Positions 8,928-19,440 of a DNA stretch of 64,000 nucleotides are shown here, in pieces. Source of the DNA: an uncultured Chloroflexia bacterium. GTDB taxonomy: Bacteria > Chloroflexota > Chloroflexia > QHBQ01 > JADMIH01. Within the stretch, counting starts at the first letter, position 1. Every line of letters starts with the position of its first letter. The notes below the pieces were generated by a model. The model did no database searches and was not told where the DNA came from. It saw nothing but the letters and a program-made list of their open reading frames with translations. The stretch spans positions 512,001 to 576,000 of the forward strand of contig CAWCNY010000004.1 in NCBI GenBank assembly GCA_963797095.1, in the 5' to 3' direction. The translations under genes and the position numbers were made by a program.

Positions 8928-10241
8928 CTATTCGGTCAATCTCATCGTCTCCGCAACCGACAGCTTCCTGGTGTCAAACGTAAGCTTCTTCGTGGCGGCG
9001 GCGCTTGCCCGCCCCTCTGTCTCTATCCGCTCCGCCTCTTTTTGCGAAGCCTCGGCCAACTCGTCTTCTCCCATGCTCAACAATCGCGTGGCAGCCGCCC
9101 GCAAATTGCAACTCGCCGTCTCCGTGTCGCCAAGCATGCTCGCCTGCAATGCCCTTGTCTGCAACTTGAACGTAGTGGCCTTCTCCACGCTGTTCATCAC
9201 ACGCGGTTCGCCAGAACCTTTCCCCGCCCCTTCGGCGAACCCAACTACCAGGTCCAGAGACGCCTCTTCCTTGCCGTGCCCTACCTCATACTCAAGCAAC
9301 ACCCTTGCCAGCCTGTAGCTCCCAGGCTTCCTCGGCGGCAGCACCACCTCAAACAACAATGTCTGCCCATCCGCCGATTGCATATCTCCTAAAGACAACG
9401 TCAACTGACCGCTCGATCCGCTCACAACTCCTGCGCCTGCATTCTCGCCACCTGCGCCCTCCATGCTGGGCCACAGCCTTGAGATCATCGGCGACACCCT
9501 GTACACCGCCCGTGCCGCCACTCCCCCTGCCCCCGAAAACGTCAGCCGCAAATTCCGTGCCGTCGTTGCCTGCATCTGCCTCAGCGCCCCCTCGAACGCC
9601 CCCGCGATCTCCTCCGGCTTAGCAACATACTCGACTTGCCCGCCGCTCTCGCTGGCGATCCCGTCCAGTAGCTCGATGCTCCAATCCTCCTCGGCCCCCA
9701 GTCCCAGCGCCGCTATCGGTATCCCTGCTGCCCCGGCCTGCGCCGCCAACTCAAGGCATTGGTCCCCATCCCCCCAGGTCTGCCCGTCCGTCAAAACAAT
9801 AATTCGCGACACCACGCCCGGCCCGCTCCCCTTCTGCGCCTCCTCCAGTCCAACCCGCAGGCCCTTGCTCATCGCCGTGCCTCCCGCCTCCTTGATCGCC
9901 TCCACCTGCGCCTTCAGCGCCTCTCGGTCCGCCACCTGCGTGCTACTCACCAGCGGCCTCACCTCGTCATCAAACAGCGTGATCGCCACTGTATCCCGCT
10001 CGCTAAGGTGGTCAATCACCCACCCCACCGCCTTCTTCAGGTTCTCCAGTTTCTCCCCCGCCATTGACCCCGAAGTATCCAGCACCAAACTGAGATTCAA
10101 CGCCGAATTCCCACCACTCACAACCCCAACTGGCGTATTAGCCTGCGTTATGTCAAGCAAAAGATACGCCAGACTATTAGCGTCGTTCGCCCCCAGCGGA
10201 TCGTGGCTCCAGGTTCCCTTCAAATTCATGTTCTCAACCAT
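8928..10241 (-). CDS. VWA domain protein
   Basis: MIDAS DTSGSM, GGT, IVLTDGQ. Confidence 0.9.
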   Translation of the reverse strand: MVENMNLKGTWSHDPLGANDANSLAYLLLDITQANTPVGVVSGGNSALNLSLVLDTSGSMAGEKLENLKKAVGWVIDHLSERDTVAITLFDDEVRPLVSSTQVADREALKAQVEAIKEAGGTAMSKGLRVGLEEAQKGSGPGVVSRIIVLTDGQTWGDGDQCLELAAQAGAAGIPIAALGLGAEEDWSIELLDGIASESGGQVEYVAKPEEIAGAFEGALRQMQATTARNLRLTFSGAGGVAARAVYRVSPMISRLWPSMEGAGGENAGAGVVSGSSGQLTLSLGDMQSADGQTLLFEVVLPPRKPGSYRLARVLLEYEVGHGKEEASLDLVVGFAEGAGKGSGEPRVMNSVEKATTFKLQTRALQASMLGDTETASCNLRAAATRLLSMGEDELAEASQKEAERIETEGRASAAATKKLTFDTRKLSVAETMRLTE

Positions 10242-10367
10242 ATCTCTCCTCGCGTGAAACGTACTGAGTCATGCAACATGGCAACCCAACAATCACAATA
10301 TCACGAAATTAAGTACGCTCCACCAACCCCCACGTTTCAAAACGACACCCAATCACCCACCACTCCC

Positions 10368-10409
10368 CTACCGACTATCAGGAACTTGGAACTTGGAACT
10401 TGGAACTAC
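10368..10409. repeat. CCGACTA + GGAACTT x4 array
   Basis: Visible between the PP2C and VWA genes. Confidence 0.85.
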
Positions 10410-10420
10410 CGTCCTCCCCA

Positions 10421-12625
10421 TCACTCCTCCCCCTGCATCAATCGCGCATAAATAACACTGATATTATCCTCCCCACCCTTGCTGTTAGCCAGCCCGATCA
10501 GTATATTCGCCTCCGACTGCGGATCGACCCCCTCGTCCCCCGCTACCGACGAAATCTCAGGGTCCCTCACGAAATCCCACAACCCATCCGAGCACAAAAG
10601 CAGCCCATCCCCCGGCCTCATCCTCAACCGGTAAATATCCACCTCCGTATCAGTCAACCTGGAATCGCCCAGTGCCCTGTAAATCTCATTCCGCCTGGGG
10701 TGAGTGTAAATATCCTCCGGTGAGAGCTGCCCGGCCTGCACCAGTTGCATCACCAGCGAATGGTCCCGTGTCAGCACAAGCGCCCGCCCGTCCCTCACAA
10801 GATATGCTCTGCTATCCCCCACATTCGCCACCGTCAACTGGTTCCCTATCAGCAGCGCCGCCACCACCGTCGTCCCCAGGTCCGAATGCCTCTCCCTCGC
10901 CAGGTCGCTGATCCTCCTGTTCGCCTCCAGCACCGCCTGTTGCAGCAACCCTGCGCACGTATTGGGATCGCGCGCCACCGGGTCGCCCGACACCAGCGGC
11001 CCCACCAGCGACGAATTCACCATCGACCCGATCGTCCTTACAGCAATCGACGACGCCACCTCACCGCTCTGGTGCCCACCCATTCCATCGGCCACCACAT
11101 ACAGCCCCACCGGCAAATTCCCGTCGTGCTCCAGCACCGTCGCTTCCAGTGTCAGCACGCTATCCTCGTTGATCTTCCTCACCATCCCGATGTCCGACGC
11201 CCTGCCGCTCCACAATTTCAAGTTAGTCAGCGGCCTGCTCGCCTCGTACAAATCGTTCAAAATAGCCGCGAACGCCTCCGCCGTAGGGTAAGCCCCCTCC
11301 CGCGCCTTCGACAGCGCCACCGCCGGATTTGCGTCCGCTCCCAGTGGCCCCGTAGCCTCATAGGCCGCCACCATCTTCCCGCCGTTATGACCGTTTCGCC
11401 CCATCCGTCCACCCATATTGCTAAACGGATCGACCTTTTCCTCTCCGTCTGCGACCGTCGTTGGCCCCTTTCGCACCGCCATATACCACTGTTCCAATTC
11501 CCCTGCCAGCGCTCTCACGTCCGACCTCTCCAACGCTTCCTTAGCGTCCTCGTCCAACCCCTCTACTGACTGGCACCCCGACGGGTCGAGCAGCATCACC
11601 CGGTCCCCCGGCTGAACCAGCAAATTCGCAAGCTCAAGCGAGCATCCCCCTATATTCTCTGCGCGCAGCCTCACCAACAACTCCCCCACCTGCGCCATCC
11701 ACCCCAGCGCCTGCTCTTCCTCCGGCTCCTCCGGCACCGCCAGGTGCCCCGACTGCCCGGGCAAAAGTAACCCCGTGGTCGTCATCCCCGGCAGCCACGA
11801 CGCCATAACGCGCCCCCCACTCTCCTCCCAGGCCACGTACCCGCGCCCCAACTCCAGGTCGTACCAAACATCGTAAGCGTGCGTCACCCCCGGCACCCTG
11901 CTCTCCAATATTGCAGGTGCCAGCTTCAATTGCGGCAGGAACCCAACCTCTTCATCCCCTACCCCGGTTGCCTCCTCCGCCTCCCTCTTATCATCTCCCT
12001 CTCCCTCTCCTTCGACCTTTGCTGGTTTTCCTTCGTCTGCGTTCTGCGCCAGCGGCAATCCAAACTCCTGTAATCTATAATGCCGCCCCGCCAATTGCGC
12101 CCCGCACTCTACGCAATAAATATCTCCCGGCATCGAGCTTGTAGATCCGCACGCCCAGCACCTCATAAATCCCTGCAAATCCGCCACCCGGTAAACGTTC
12201 GTATCCCCCAGCGACCCCACAAACGAAGCCACCTCGTAACGCTCGTTCACCGTCGCCCCCTCCGCGAGTGGCGGTCTCGGCGGTCCCCCAGCCTCCGGTA
12301 ACGGCGTGGTAATCTTGCTTGCCCCTCCCCCATCCAGTGATCCCGTGCTTTCCTCGTCTTTTACCTCGCTCAGCAGCACAGCAAGCACCTCATCCTCGCT
12401 CGCGCCGCTCTCATCGCTACTTTCTGCTCCGGCAAATTCCTCTTCTGCCTCTTCGCTCGCCTCTCCCACTTTCACCACGCCCTCTTGCGCACGCGCCTCA
12501 TCCTCCGCGCTGTCGGCCACGGCCTCGCTTTCGGCGCTCAGTACCGGCGTACCTTCTGCCTCTGTGGGCGTCTCTTCCTTCTCAGGGTCCTGGACGGGTT
12601 CAGTCTTATCAGCATTCATGGACAA
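10421..12625 (-). CDS. PP2C (Stp1-type) Ser/Thr phosphatase with N-terminal Zn-ribbon and kinase-like region
   Basis: RKINED, VADGMGG, NVGDSR, TRDHS, LCSDGL, GEDNIS; CWAC...CVEC. Confidence 0.9.
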   Translation of the reverse strand: MSMNADKTEPVQDPEKEETPTEAEGTPVLSAESEAVADSAEDEARAQEGVVKVGEASEEAEEEFAGAESSDESGASEDEVLAVLLSEVKDEESTGSLDGGGASKITTPLPEAGGPPRPPLAEGATVNERYEVASFVGSLGDTNVYRVADLQGFMRCWACGSTSSMPGDIYCVECGAQLAGRHYRLQEFGLPLAQNADEGKPAKVEGEGEGDDKREAEEATGVGDEEVGFLPQLKLAPAILESRVPGVTHAYDVWYDLELGRGYVAWEESGGRVMASWLPGMTTTGLLLPGQSGHLAVPEEPEEEQALGWMAQVGELLVRLRAENIGGCSLELANLLVQPGDRVMLLDPSGCQSVEGLDEDAKEALERSDVRALAGELEQWYMAVRKGPTTVADGEEKVDPFSNMGGRMGRNGHNGGKMVAAYEATGPLGADANPAVALSKAREGAYPTAEAFAAILNDLYEASRPLTNLKLWSGRASDIGMVRKINEDSVLTLEATVLEHDGNLPVGLYVVADGMGGHQSGEVASSIAVRTIGSMVNSSLVGPLVSGDPVARDPNTCAGLLQQAVLEANRRISDLARERHSDLGTTVVAALLIGNQLTVANVGDSRAYLVRDGRALVLTRDHSLVMQLVQAGQLSPEDIYTHPRRNEIYRALGDSRLTDTEVDIYRLRMRPGDGLLLCSDGLWDFVRDPEISSVAGDEGVDPQSEANILIGLANSKGGEDNISVIYARLMQGEE

Positions 12626-13008
12626 TAAACCTTGCTAGAAATTGGGGTAATCTCCACCCGACTCCCACAATGCAACAAGCAACAGGGACGCCTGAACACT
12701 GTCTTCTGATGGGCCGAAGTCGAACGGATAGGCTAACTATAGCATAAGCTAATACCCCACGCAAACACCTATTACCACCTGATTAGCACCCGAAAGATCC
12801 CGCGAAACTGGATGAAGGTCTAGCCCAATCAGAGGCAGGCCTCCCCCTCTGATCATCCCCCACACCACCCCCCAATCGCCCAACCCCACAGCTGCCAACC
12901 CCACCATTCTGAGCGTCCCGCCCGCAAGGAGGTTGTGCCATCTCCCTTCCCCTATTGTCACCCCCCAGCGCCATTATCTTCCCATCCCCTGTGCCTTCCC
13001 CCGTCACC

Positions 13009-13052
13009 ATTGTCATCCACCGTCGCTATTGTCATCCACTGTCGCTATTGTC
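13009..13052. repeat. 19-bp tandem repeat ATTGTCATCCACYGTCGCT x2.3
   Basis: Read directly. Confidence 0.75.
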
Positions 13053-13085
13053 TTCCCCGTAGACCTTGTCGCCCCCGCCCCCCTT

Positions 13086-13112
13086 TGTCATCCTGAACGA
13101 AGTGAAGGATCT
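13086..13112 (+). repeat. REP-like element TGTCATCCTGAACGAAGTGAAGGATCT
   Basis: A closely similar inverted copy lies at 58185-58213. Confidence 0.65.
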
Positions 13113-13690
13113 CGCTCCCCAAGATCACCTTCGCAAGCTCACCAAGCCAGAGAGTGCCCACAACGAGCAAGATCCTCAAACTCAATCAACTAACCCCAAA
13201 ATCGCCCAAAAACCACCCATTTGGCCCTATCTAAATCCAAACAAATGTGCTAAGTCCCAATACAGGAAGTACTTTCACCCTCCCTGCCGCGCAGCAAGGA
13301 GGACATAGAGACAAGACTGGTGTCCCTATGCAGCTTTGCGTTTGTACCTTACAAACCACATAAACAACCACCACAACTACCAGCACTTTACAAACCAAAA
13401 GAATGGTCAGCCAAAAGCCGGTGGCTGTCTCAACACCACCATCACCAGCACCAACAAGACCACCAACCGCTCCGGTCTCCCACCACCGGCCCCTAAGGGG
13501 ACCAACACGGAGCGGTAATCCAGTGTGCATTCGTGTCACACCCTCTATAGGCAAGAGGAACCCTGCGCCACACGTACCAGTTGCGCCACAGGGACACCAT
13601 CCGATAAGCCAACCCACACAAAAAAGGAAGAAGGGTGCATGTGATCGCAAACAGATCCCATGCACCCCTTCCCCATACCCACCAATCAAG

Positions 13691-13722
13691 ACTCCGCACT
13701 CCGCATTCCGCATTCCGCACTA
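13691..13722. repeat. TCCGCAY heptamer array
   Basis: actccgcactccgcattccgcattccgcacta. Confidence 0.8.
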
Positions 13723-13939
13723 CAAGAACCTTCGTGCCCTTAGTACTCCTTCGCATCTTCGTGTATAAAGATACAAATAACCAGTACGCAATACAAATCC
13801 TCCCTCGCATCGTCCTGCCCCACAATCCAAAGGTTGACGCTCCACCCAATCCTCACGTACAATACAAGCAACTCTAGCAAAGATGAAAGAGCCAACTAAC
13901 AAAGCAATGTAGCTTGTATGCGAAGGAGGATACCAGCTA

Positions 13940-14896
13940 ATGGAAACCATCGAAAAACCCGCCACCACAACTTCACCTAACGGCGCGTCCGCCGCTGTCA
14001 TCCCCACCCCCAGGCGCACGACCCTTGATCAAATGGACCTGCCAACGGGCAAGAAAGCCCGCCTCCACAGGCTCCTCTACGAGCATGGCCCCGGCAACGG
14101 CACCATTCTCCTCCTACCTATCGACCAGGGCCTGGAGCATGGCCCAATCGACTTCCTGGGCAACCCCCCCGCCCTCGACCCAGGCTTCCAGCTTGAGCTT
14201 GCCCTCAACGGTGGCTACTCAGGTATCGTCTTCCACATTGGCCTCGCCACCAAGTACATGAAACAATACGCGGGCAAGATCCCCCTCGTCCTAAAGCTCA
14301 ACGGCAAGACCAACATCCCATCCGATGCCCAGGCCTTCTCCTCAATTGACGCGACAGTCGAAGACGCCGTCCGCCTTGGAGCCGACGCCATTGGTTACAC
14401 CCTCTACATCGGCTCCCCCGCCCAGGACCGCGACTTCCTTCAGTTCAATCAGGTGCGCCAGGACGCCGAACGCTATGGCATGCCGATCATCGTCTGGGCC
14501 TACCCCCGAGGCGAAGCTGTCAAAGCCAAAGGCGGCGTCAACTCCCTTTATGCCATTGACTATGCGGCCCGCGTCGCCCTGGAGCTTGGAGCCGATGTCG
14601 TCAAGCTCAACGTCCCCGAACACGATAACATCAGCCCGGCCCAGCCCAAGCCCTACGACACCATGAACCTCGGCTACGCCGGCAGCATAGCCAAAGTAGT
14701 CGCCTCTGCGGGCCGCGCCATGGTCCTCTTCTCCGGCGGCAGCAAGCTCGGCGACGAAGATCTCCTGACCAAAGCCCGCATGGCAATGGAAAACGGAGCC
14801 ACCGGCCTCATCTTTGGCCGCAACCTCTGGCAGCGCCCAATGGACGAAGCCCTCGCCATCACAGGCCGCATCATGGACATAATGAAGAAAGCCTAA
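13940..14896 (+). CDS. fbaB: Class I (DhnA/FbaB-type) fructose-bisphosphate aldolase
   Basis: LPIDQGLEHGP, WAYPRG, ELGADVVK (Schiff-base lysine), SGG, IFGRN; AAGGAGG RBS. Confidence 0.88.
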   Translation: METIEKPATTTSPNGASAAVIPTPRRTTLDQMDLPTGKKARLHRLLYEHGPGNGTILLLPIDQGLEHGPIDFLGNPPALDPGFQLELALNGGYSGIVFHIGLATKYMKQYAGKIPLVLKLNGKTNIPSDAQAFSSIDATVEDAVRLGADAIGYTLYIGSPAQDRDFLQFNQVRQDAERYGMPIIVWAYPRGEAVKAKGGVNSLYAIDYAARVALELGADVVKLNVPEHDNISPAQPKPYDTMNLGYAGSIAKVVASAGRAMVLFSGGSKLGDEDLLTKARMAMENGATGLIFGRNLWQRPMDEALAITGRIMDIMKKA

Positions 14897-14971
14897 CCCA
14901 ACTGGGCCCAAGCTTATGAGATCTCGAACAGTAGATTCAGTTTAGCAAGCGTAATATCTGCTTCTAAAATA

Positions 14972-14997
14972 GAAAGCCCCTCCACAACGGGGCTTTC
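14972..14997. terminator. Hairpin between convergent genes
   Basis: GAAAGCCCC...GGGGCTTTC. Confidence 0.55.
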
Positions 14998-15016
14998 AAG
15001 GGCAGGTTTCTGAGAA

Positions 15017-15131
15017 GGGGGTGCAGGCGGAACTGCCTGCCGGGGGTTTGGGGGTGTCCCCCCAACTCTACTTCTACTTCTTACTAACTCCCCTCTCCCC
15101 GGATTCGGGGAGAGGGGCCGGGGGTGAGGGG
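15017..15131. repeat. Cluster of REP-like GC-rich palindromes
   Basis: CCCCTCTCCCCGGATTCGGGGAGAGGGGCCGGGGGTGAGGG; related elements at about 15188-15208 and 20585-20621. Confidence 0.65.
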
Positions 15132-15267
15132 CGTTCGTATGCACCCACCGAAGGATTCCACCGAAGACCTACCCTTGAACGCCCAATTGGGGAGGGGTTG
15201 GGGGTGGAGCCTCGGAGGGCATTCCTATCCTGTTCTACCCAAGGATCTGGAATGCGGCTAGCTCATG

Positions 15268-16578
15268 CTAGGCTGTCCTTAGCAACCGCACGATCTCCCG
15301 CACCGAAGGCCGCTTCCCATACAGCAGCACCCCCACCCGGTAAATCCTCGCCGCCAACCACGTCAGCAAGTAGCTCGAAAGCGCTACCACCACCACCCCC
15401 ACTAGGAACTCCCAGAGATCGGTGTTGCCAAGCGCCACCCTGATGAACATCACCATAGGCGTAAAGAACGGCACAAACGACACTATCCGTATGAACTCGG
15501 CGTTCGGATCGGCCAGCGCATAGAACGATACCAGGTACACTGCCACGTTCACGATCGTCAGCGGCGCAGTGATGTTGTTCACATCCTCCACCTTGCTCAC
15601 CAGTGACCCAAGCGCCGCGTACATAGCCGCATACAACAGATACCCGAGCAGAAAGAATACCAGGAACGCCAACAGCGTCGGGGCAGGCACCGACGCCACA
15701 TCGATCCCGATCCCTTGCGCCGCGCTCCCAAGCGTGCCACCAAACAAGAGCACTACAAAGCCCGACAACACCCATAGCGCTGCCTGCGTCAGCCCGGCCA
15801 ACCCAACCCCAAGCACCTTCCCCGACATCAGTTCGATTGGCCGCACCGCCGTTATCAGCAACTCCATTACCCGACTGCTCTTCTCCTCCACCACGCCCAT
15901 CGCTACCTGTATCCCGTACATCAGTATCAATACGTACAGTCCGATCAACAGGAAGTACACCAGCGCCACCGAATTGCGCTGTGCTGCCTCGTCGGTCAGT
16001 GTCGCACCAACTATCGGCTCCACCTTCAGTTCAGGCGTAGTGAACAGAGCCTGTGCCTCCTGCGCTGAGATCCCAAACTCCTGCAACTTGGCCTGCGTCA
16101 GCGCCGCGCTCAAATACGCGTTCAACTGCGACGCCTCCAATGACCCCGGCCTATCCTTGGCATAGTAAGTGAACGTCGCACTGCTTGGCTTATCCCCATC
16201 CACCACCAGATACGCCCCGATATCGCCGTCAGTCACTTCCTTGCTGAGCGCGTCCTGGTCATCGGTGTCCGCCTTCACAAACCTGATACTCTGCGTCAGA
16301 GGCAAAGCTGTATTATCCGTCTCACCACTCGCCTGTCCGGGCACAGGCGTAGGCGTAGGTCGCGTGAGCACGTCCAGGTAAGAGTACACCAGGTTCGAAG
16401 GATCCACCACGGCCACCTTGGCAGTAGTAGTCTGGTCCAGCAGACTAAGCAACGCAGGCACAAAGGCCAGCGCTGCCAGCCCCAGCACCCCCACCACAGT
16501 CCCGATGATAAACCCGGGACTCCGAACCCTTTGCAAATACTCCCTCTTCAGCACAAGTTGTACATTCCGCAAATTCAT
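15268..16578 (-). CDS. ABC-2/NatB-like exporter permease
   Basis: KREYLQRVRS, EEKSSRVMELL, GKVLG, PFFTPMVM, AARIYRVGVL. Confidence 0.9.
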   Translation of the reverse strand: MNLRNVQLVLKREYLQRVRSPGFIIGTVVGVLGLAALAFVPALLSLLDQTTTAKVAVVDPSNLVYSYLDVLTRPTPTPVPGQASGETDNTALPLTQSIRFVKADTDDQDALSKEVTDGDIGAYLVVDGDKPSSATFTYYAKDRPGSLEASQLNAYLSAALTQAKLQEFGISAQEAQALFTTPELKVEPIVGATLTDEAAQRNSVALVYFLLIGLYVLILMYGIQVAMGVVEEKSSRVMELLITAVRPIELMSGKVLGVGLAGLTQAALWVLSGFVVLLFGGTLGSAAQGIGIDVASVPAPTLLAFLVFFLLGYLLYAAMYAALGSLVSKVEDVNNITAPLTIVNVAVYLVSFYALADPNAEFIRIVSFVPFFTPMVMFIRVALGNTDLWEFLVGVVVVALSSYLLTWLAARIYRVGVLLYGKRPSVREIVRLLRTA

Positions 16579-16610
16579 CTCAAACACCTCCGTCCATCCA
16601 CCAATCAGGT

Positions 16611-16717
16611 ACTACCAACCAGGAACTCGGAACTTGGAACTTGGACCTCGGAACTTGGACCTCGGAACTCGGAACTTGGACCTCGGACCTCGGACCTCGG
16701 ACCTCGGAACTTGGAAC
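16611..16717. repeat. Long GGAMCTY heptamer array (about 14 units)
   Basis: Lies between the ABC ATPase and permease genes. Confidence 0.9.
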
Positions 16718-16748
16718 CCCAATCCTCCTCCGCCCTTCGTCCATCCAC

Positions 16749-17762
16749 CTAGCCCTCGGTCAATACCGTCCCTCCAAGCAGCGCCCCCTCCTCCGCCAGT
16801 TGCTTCACTGCCGCCGGGTCCGCCTTCTGCACCGCCTGGATGAATATCTCCTGCAATGTCGGCTCCGCCAATTCAAAGAGCCGCACATGCCCAGGCCCAT
16901 CCTGGATCGCCAGCTTCAGTATGTCGTCACTGGTAGTGCTATCGTGAAGCTCCAGGCGTATGCTACCGGCCCGCCGATCATGTATCTTAACCTTATAAGG
17001 CTTCAGCGCCTGCAAGAACCTCTCCATATTCGGTGGTTCCCCATTCTGCGCAGCAAACGCCAGTTCGATCAACTGCTTCCCACTCTGTCTCTTCAAATCC
17101 GCGATCAACCCCGTAGCCAGTAGCCGACCCCTGTGTATGATAGCCACGTAGTCGCAAAGCTCCTCCACCTGCTCAAGCCTGTGGCTCGAAAACACAATCG
17201 TCTTACCCTGTGCCTGCCTCTGCACCAGTGTATCCCTCAACACCTCCGTATTGATCGGGTCCAACCCCGAGAACGGTTCATCCAGCAGCATCAAGTCAGG
17301 CTCATGCAGGATCGCCGCCAGCACCTGCACCTTCTGCTGGTTCCCTTTTGACAGTTCCTCCACCTTGCGGTTCCAAGCATCGCCAAGCCCCACCTTCTCC
17401 AACCATTCGTGTGCGCGTGTGGTCGCTTCCCCTGCCGGAAGCCCGTACAATCCGGAAAGGAACACCAGTTCCTCTCCGACCTTCATCTTCAAGTAGAGCC
17501 CGCGCTCTTCCGGCAAATACCCGAAGCTCCGGCGCGGCACTCGCTCGCTTGGCTGCCCGTTCCAAGTGATAGTACCCGCGTCCGGCGACAGTATATTCAG
17601 CACCATCCTCAGAGTTGTCGTCTTGCCCGCGCCGTTCGCCCCGAGTAGCCCGAACATCGAGCCTCTTGGGATCGTAAACGAAAGGTCGTCCACCGCCACT
17701 ACGTGCTGAAACACCTTCCGCACATCGCTCAGCACAAGCCCGCCATTCTGCTTGCTCGCCAT
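16749..17762 (-). CDS. ABC transporter ATP-binding protein (NatA-like)
   Basis: GANGAGKT, LSKGNQQ, LDEPFSGLD; GAGGAG RBS before ATG 17762. Confidence 0.93.
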   Translation of the reverse strand: MASKQNGGLVLSDVRKVFQHVVAVDDLSFTIPRGSMFGLLGANGAGKTTTLRMVLNILSPDAGTITWNGQPSERVPRRSFGYLPEERGLYLKMKVGEELVFLSGLYGLPAGEATTRAHEWLEKVGLGDAWNRKVEELSKGNQQKVQVLAAILHEPDLMLLDEPFSGLDPINTEVLRDTLVQRQAQGKTIVFSSHRLEQVEELCDYVAIIHRGRLLATGLIADLKRQSGKQLIELAFAAQNGEPPNMERFLQALKPYKVKIHDRRAGSIRLELHDSTTSDDILKLAIQDGPGHVRLFELAEPTLQEIFIQAVQKADPAAVKQLAEEGALLGGTVLTEG

Positions 17763-17980
17763 GATCTCTAACTCCTCCTCCAAAAACTCTGCCCAACTAC
17801 GTCCCCAAATCTTGATTTCCAACCTATTGTACATCCTCAGCCGACAATACCCCATATTGTGCCAGCTCGCAGTGCCGGACAATACCACCCGTGCCATTTT
17901 CAAGCCACAGTAGTAAAATAGCCTTGTGCGACCCAACCGCACCGCACCAAAACACCACAAACGAGAGGCTGACTATCATA

Positions 17981-18826
17981 ATGTCCCAACTATCCCTACT
18001 GGGCGTCTTCGCCCATCCCGACGATGAGCAAACAGTAAGCGGCGTCTTTGCCAGCGCCGCCGCAGAAGGGATCAAAACCGGGCTTGTCTGCGCGACCCGA
18101 GGCGAGCTAGGTGAAATCTCCGATCCCTCTCTTGCCACCCCTAATAACCTGGGCGTGGTCCGCGAAGGCGAAATGCGTGCCGCCAGTGCCGTCCTCGGCA
18201 TCAAATACCTCTGGTTCCTCGACTACCGGGACTCCGGCATGATGGGCACTCCAGGCAATGAAGACCCAGCCTCGTTCTACAAAGCCGATGATGCCGAAGC
18301 CCTGGAGCGCCTTATCAAGATCATACGCGAGTTTCGCCCCACCGTCATGGTCACCTTCAATTCAACAGGCGGCTACGGTCACCCCGACCACACCACCATC
18401 CATCATCTCACGACCAGAGCCTTCCACGCAGCAGCCGATCCCAACCTCTATCCAGAGGCAGGTGAGCCTTGGCAAACTGTACGCCTCTACTATAGCTCCT
18501 TCCCACGCAGTCGAATCAAACAATTGGGCCAGTGGCTTGAGGATCACCATATTGATCTGGGCTTCAACACCGTTGATCCTGAGTTCCTGGGAATGCCCGA
18601 CAAGATGGTAACTCACTCCGTCGACACAAGCGAATGGGTGCCCATCAAAGAACGCAGCCTCAGTATGCACCGCACCCAGAACGACCCAAACTCAATGTTC
18701 AACCAGATGCCCGCCGAGATCATGTCAGAATTCCGCTCAAAAGAACACTTCTCCCTGGCCGCAGGCACTCCACTCCCTGACACTCCGGAAGCTTCGTCCG
18801 ATCTCTTCGCGGGTCTCAGGGACTAA
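17981..18826 (+). CDS. PIG-L family deacetylase (MshB/Mca-like)
   Basis: AHPDDE, TRGELG, YRDSGM, GGYGHPDH. Confidence 0.9.
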   Translation: MSQLSLLGVFAHPDDEQTVSGVFASAAAEGIKTGLVCATRGELGEISDPSLATPNNLGVVREGEMRAASAVLGIKYLWFLDYRDSGMMGTPGNEDPASFYKADDAEALERLIKIIREFRPTVMVTFNSTGGYGHPDHTTIHHLTTRAFHAAADPNLYPEAGEPWQTVRLYYSSFPRSRIKQLGQWLEDHHIDLGFNTVDPEFLGMPDKMVTHSVDTSEWVPIKERSLSMHRTQNDPNSMFNQMPAEIMSEFRSKEHFSLAAGTPLPDTPEASSDLFAGLRD

Positions 18827-18864
18827 TACGGCGGCCTTAGCCAATCATTACAGGAGGCAAACCC

Positions 18865-19440
18865 ATGTGCGGAGGTGTCATCTTCCCCTACCGGAAAGAG
18901 TACAAAGAATTACTCGAAAAGCTCTATTCCCCCGACGAAGTGGCCCAATTCGAAGCCACCGGCGAAGTCCGTTCGCTCTACTGGCAGAAAGCCGAACCGG
19001 TTCTTCCCGTGCTGGTAGAGCGCGATGAGAACGAACCCGCCGGTGAAAGCGCCGAGCCTGAGCCGCGCCTCATGCTCTGGGGCAATCGCGACAAGAACAA
19101 GCCCTTGCCCCAAACCGGCTGGGCACGTCTCGAAAGCATCGAGGAAGGCAAATGGGGCTATCTCAAGCCCAAGCCCGCCCTCATCCCTGTATCCTACGGC
19201 GTAGAGAAAGGTAAGTGGTTCTCCATCGACAATGGTATCGCTGGCTTAGTGGTCAGAAAAGCCGGTGAAGAGCGCATCTACATGCTAACCGAAGCAGCCG
19301 ACGAAGAATTCCTGGACGTAACCCACCATGAGCGCATGCCCGTCCTCATAGATCAAGATGCCATTCCCTGGCTCACCGGCGATCCCACTGGCACGGGTTC
19401 TGCCATACAACCCTCCCTCCCCCTGGAAAGTGAAGCGTGA
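18865..19440 (+). CDS. SRAP-like (DUF159) protein, divergent
   Basis: N-terminal MCG, ARLES and HERMPVLI; AGGAGG RBS. Confidence 0.6.
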   Translation: MCGGVIFPYRKEYKELLEKLYSPDEVAQFEATGEVRSLYWQKAEPVLPVLVERDENEPAGESAEPEPRLMLWGNRDKNKPLPQTGWARLESIEEGKWGYLKPKPALIPVSYGVEKGKWFSIDNGIAGLVVRKAGEERIYMLTEAADEEFLDVTHHERMPVLIDQDAIPWLTGDPTGTGSAIQPSLPLESEA

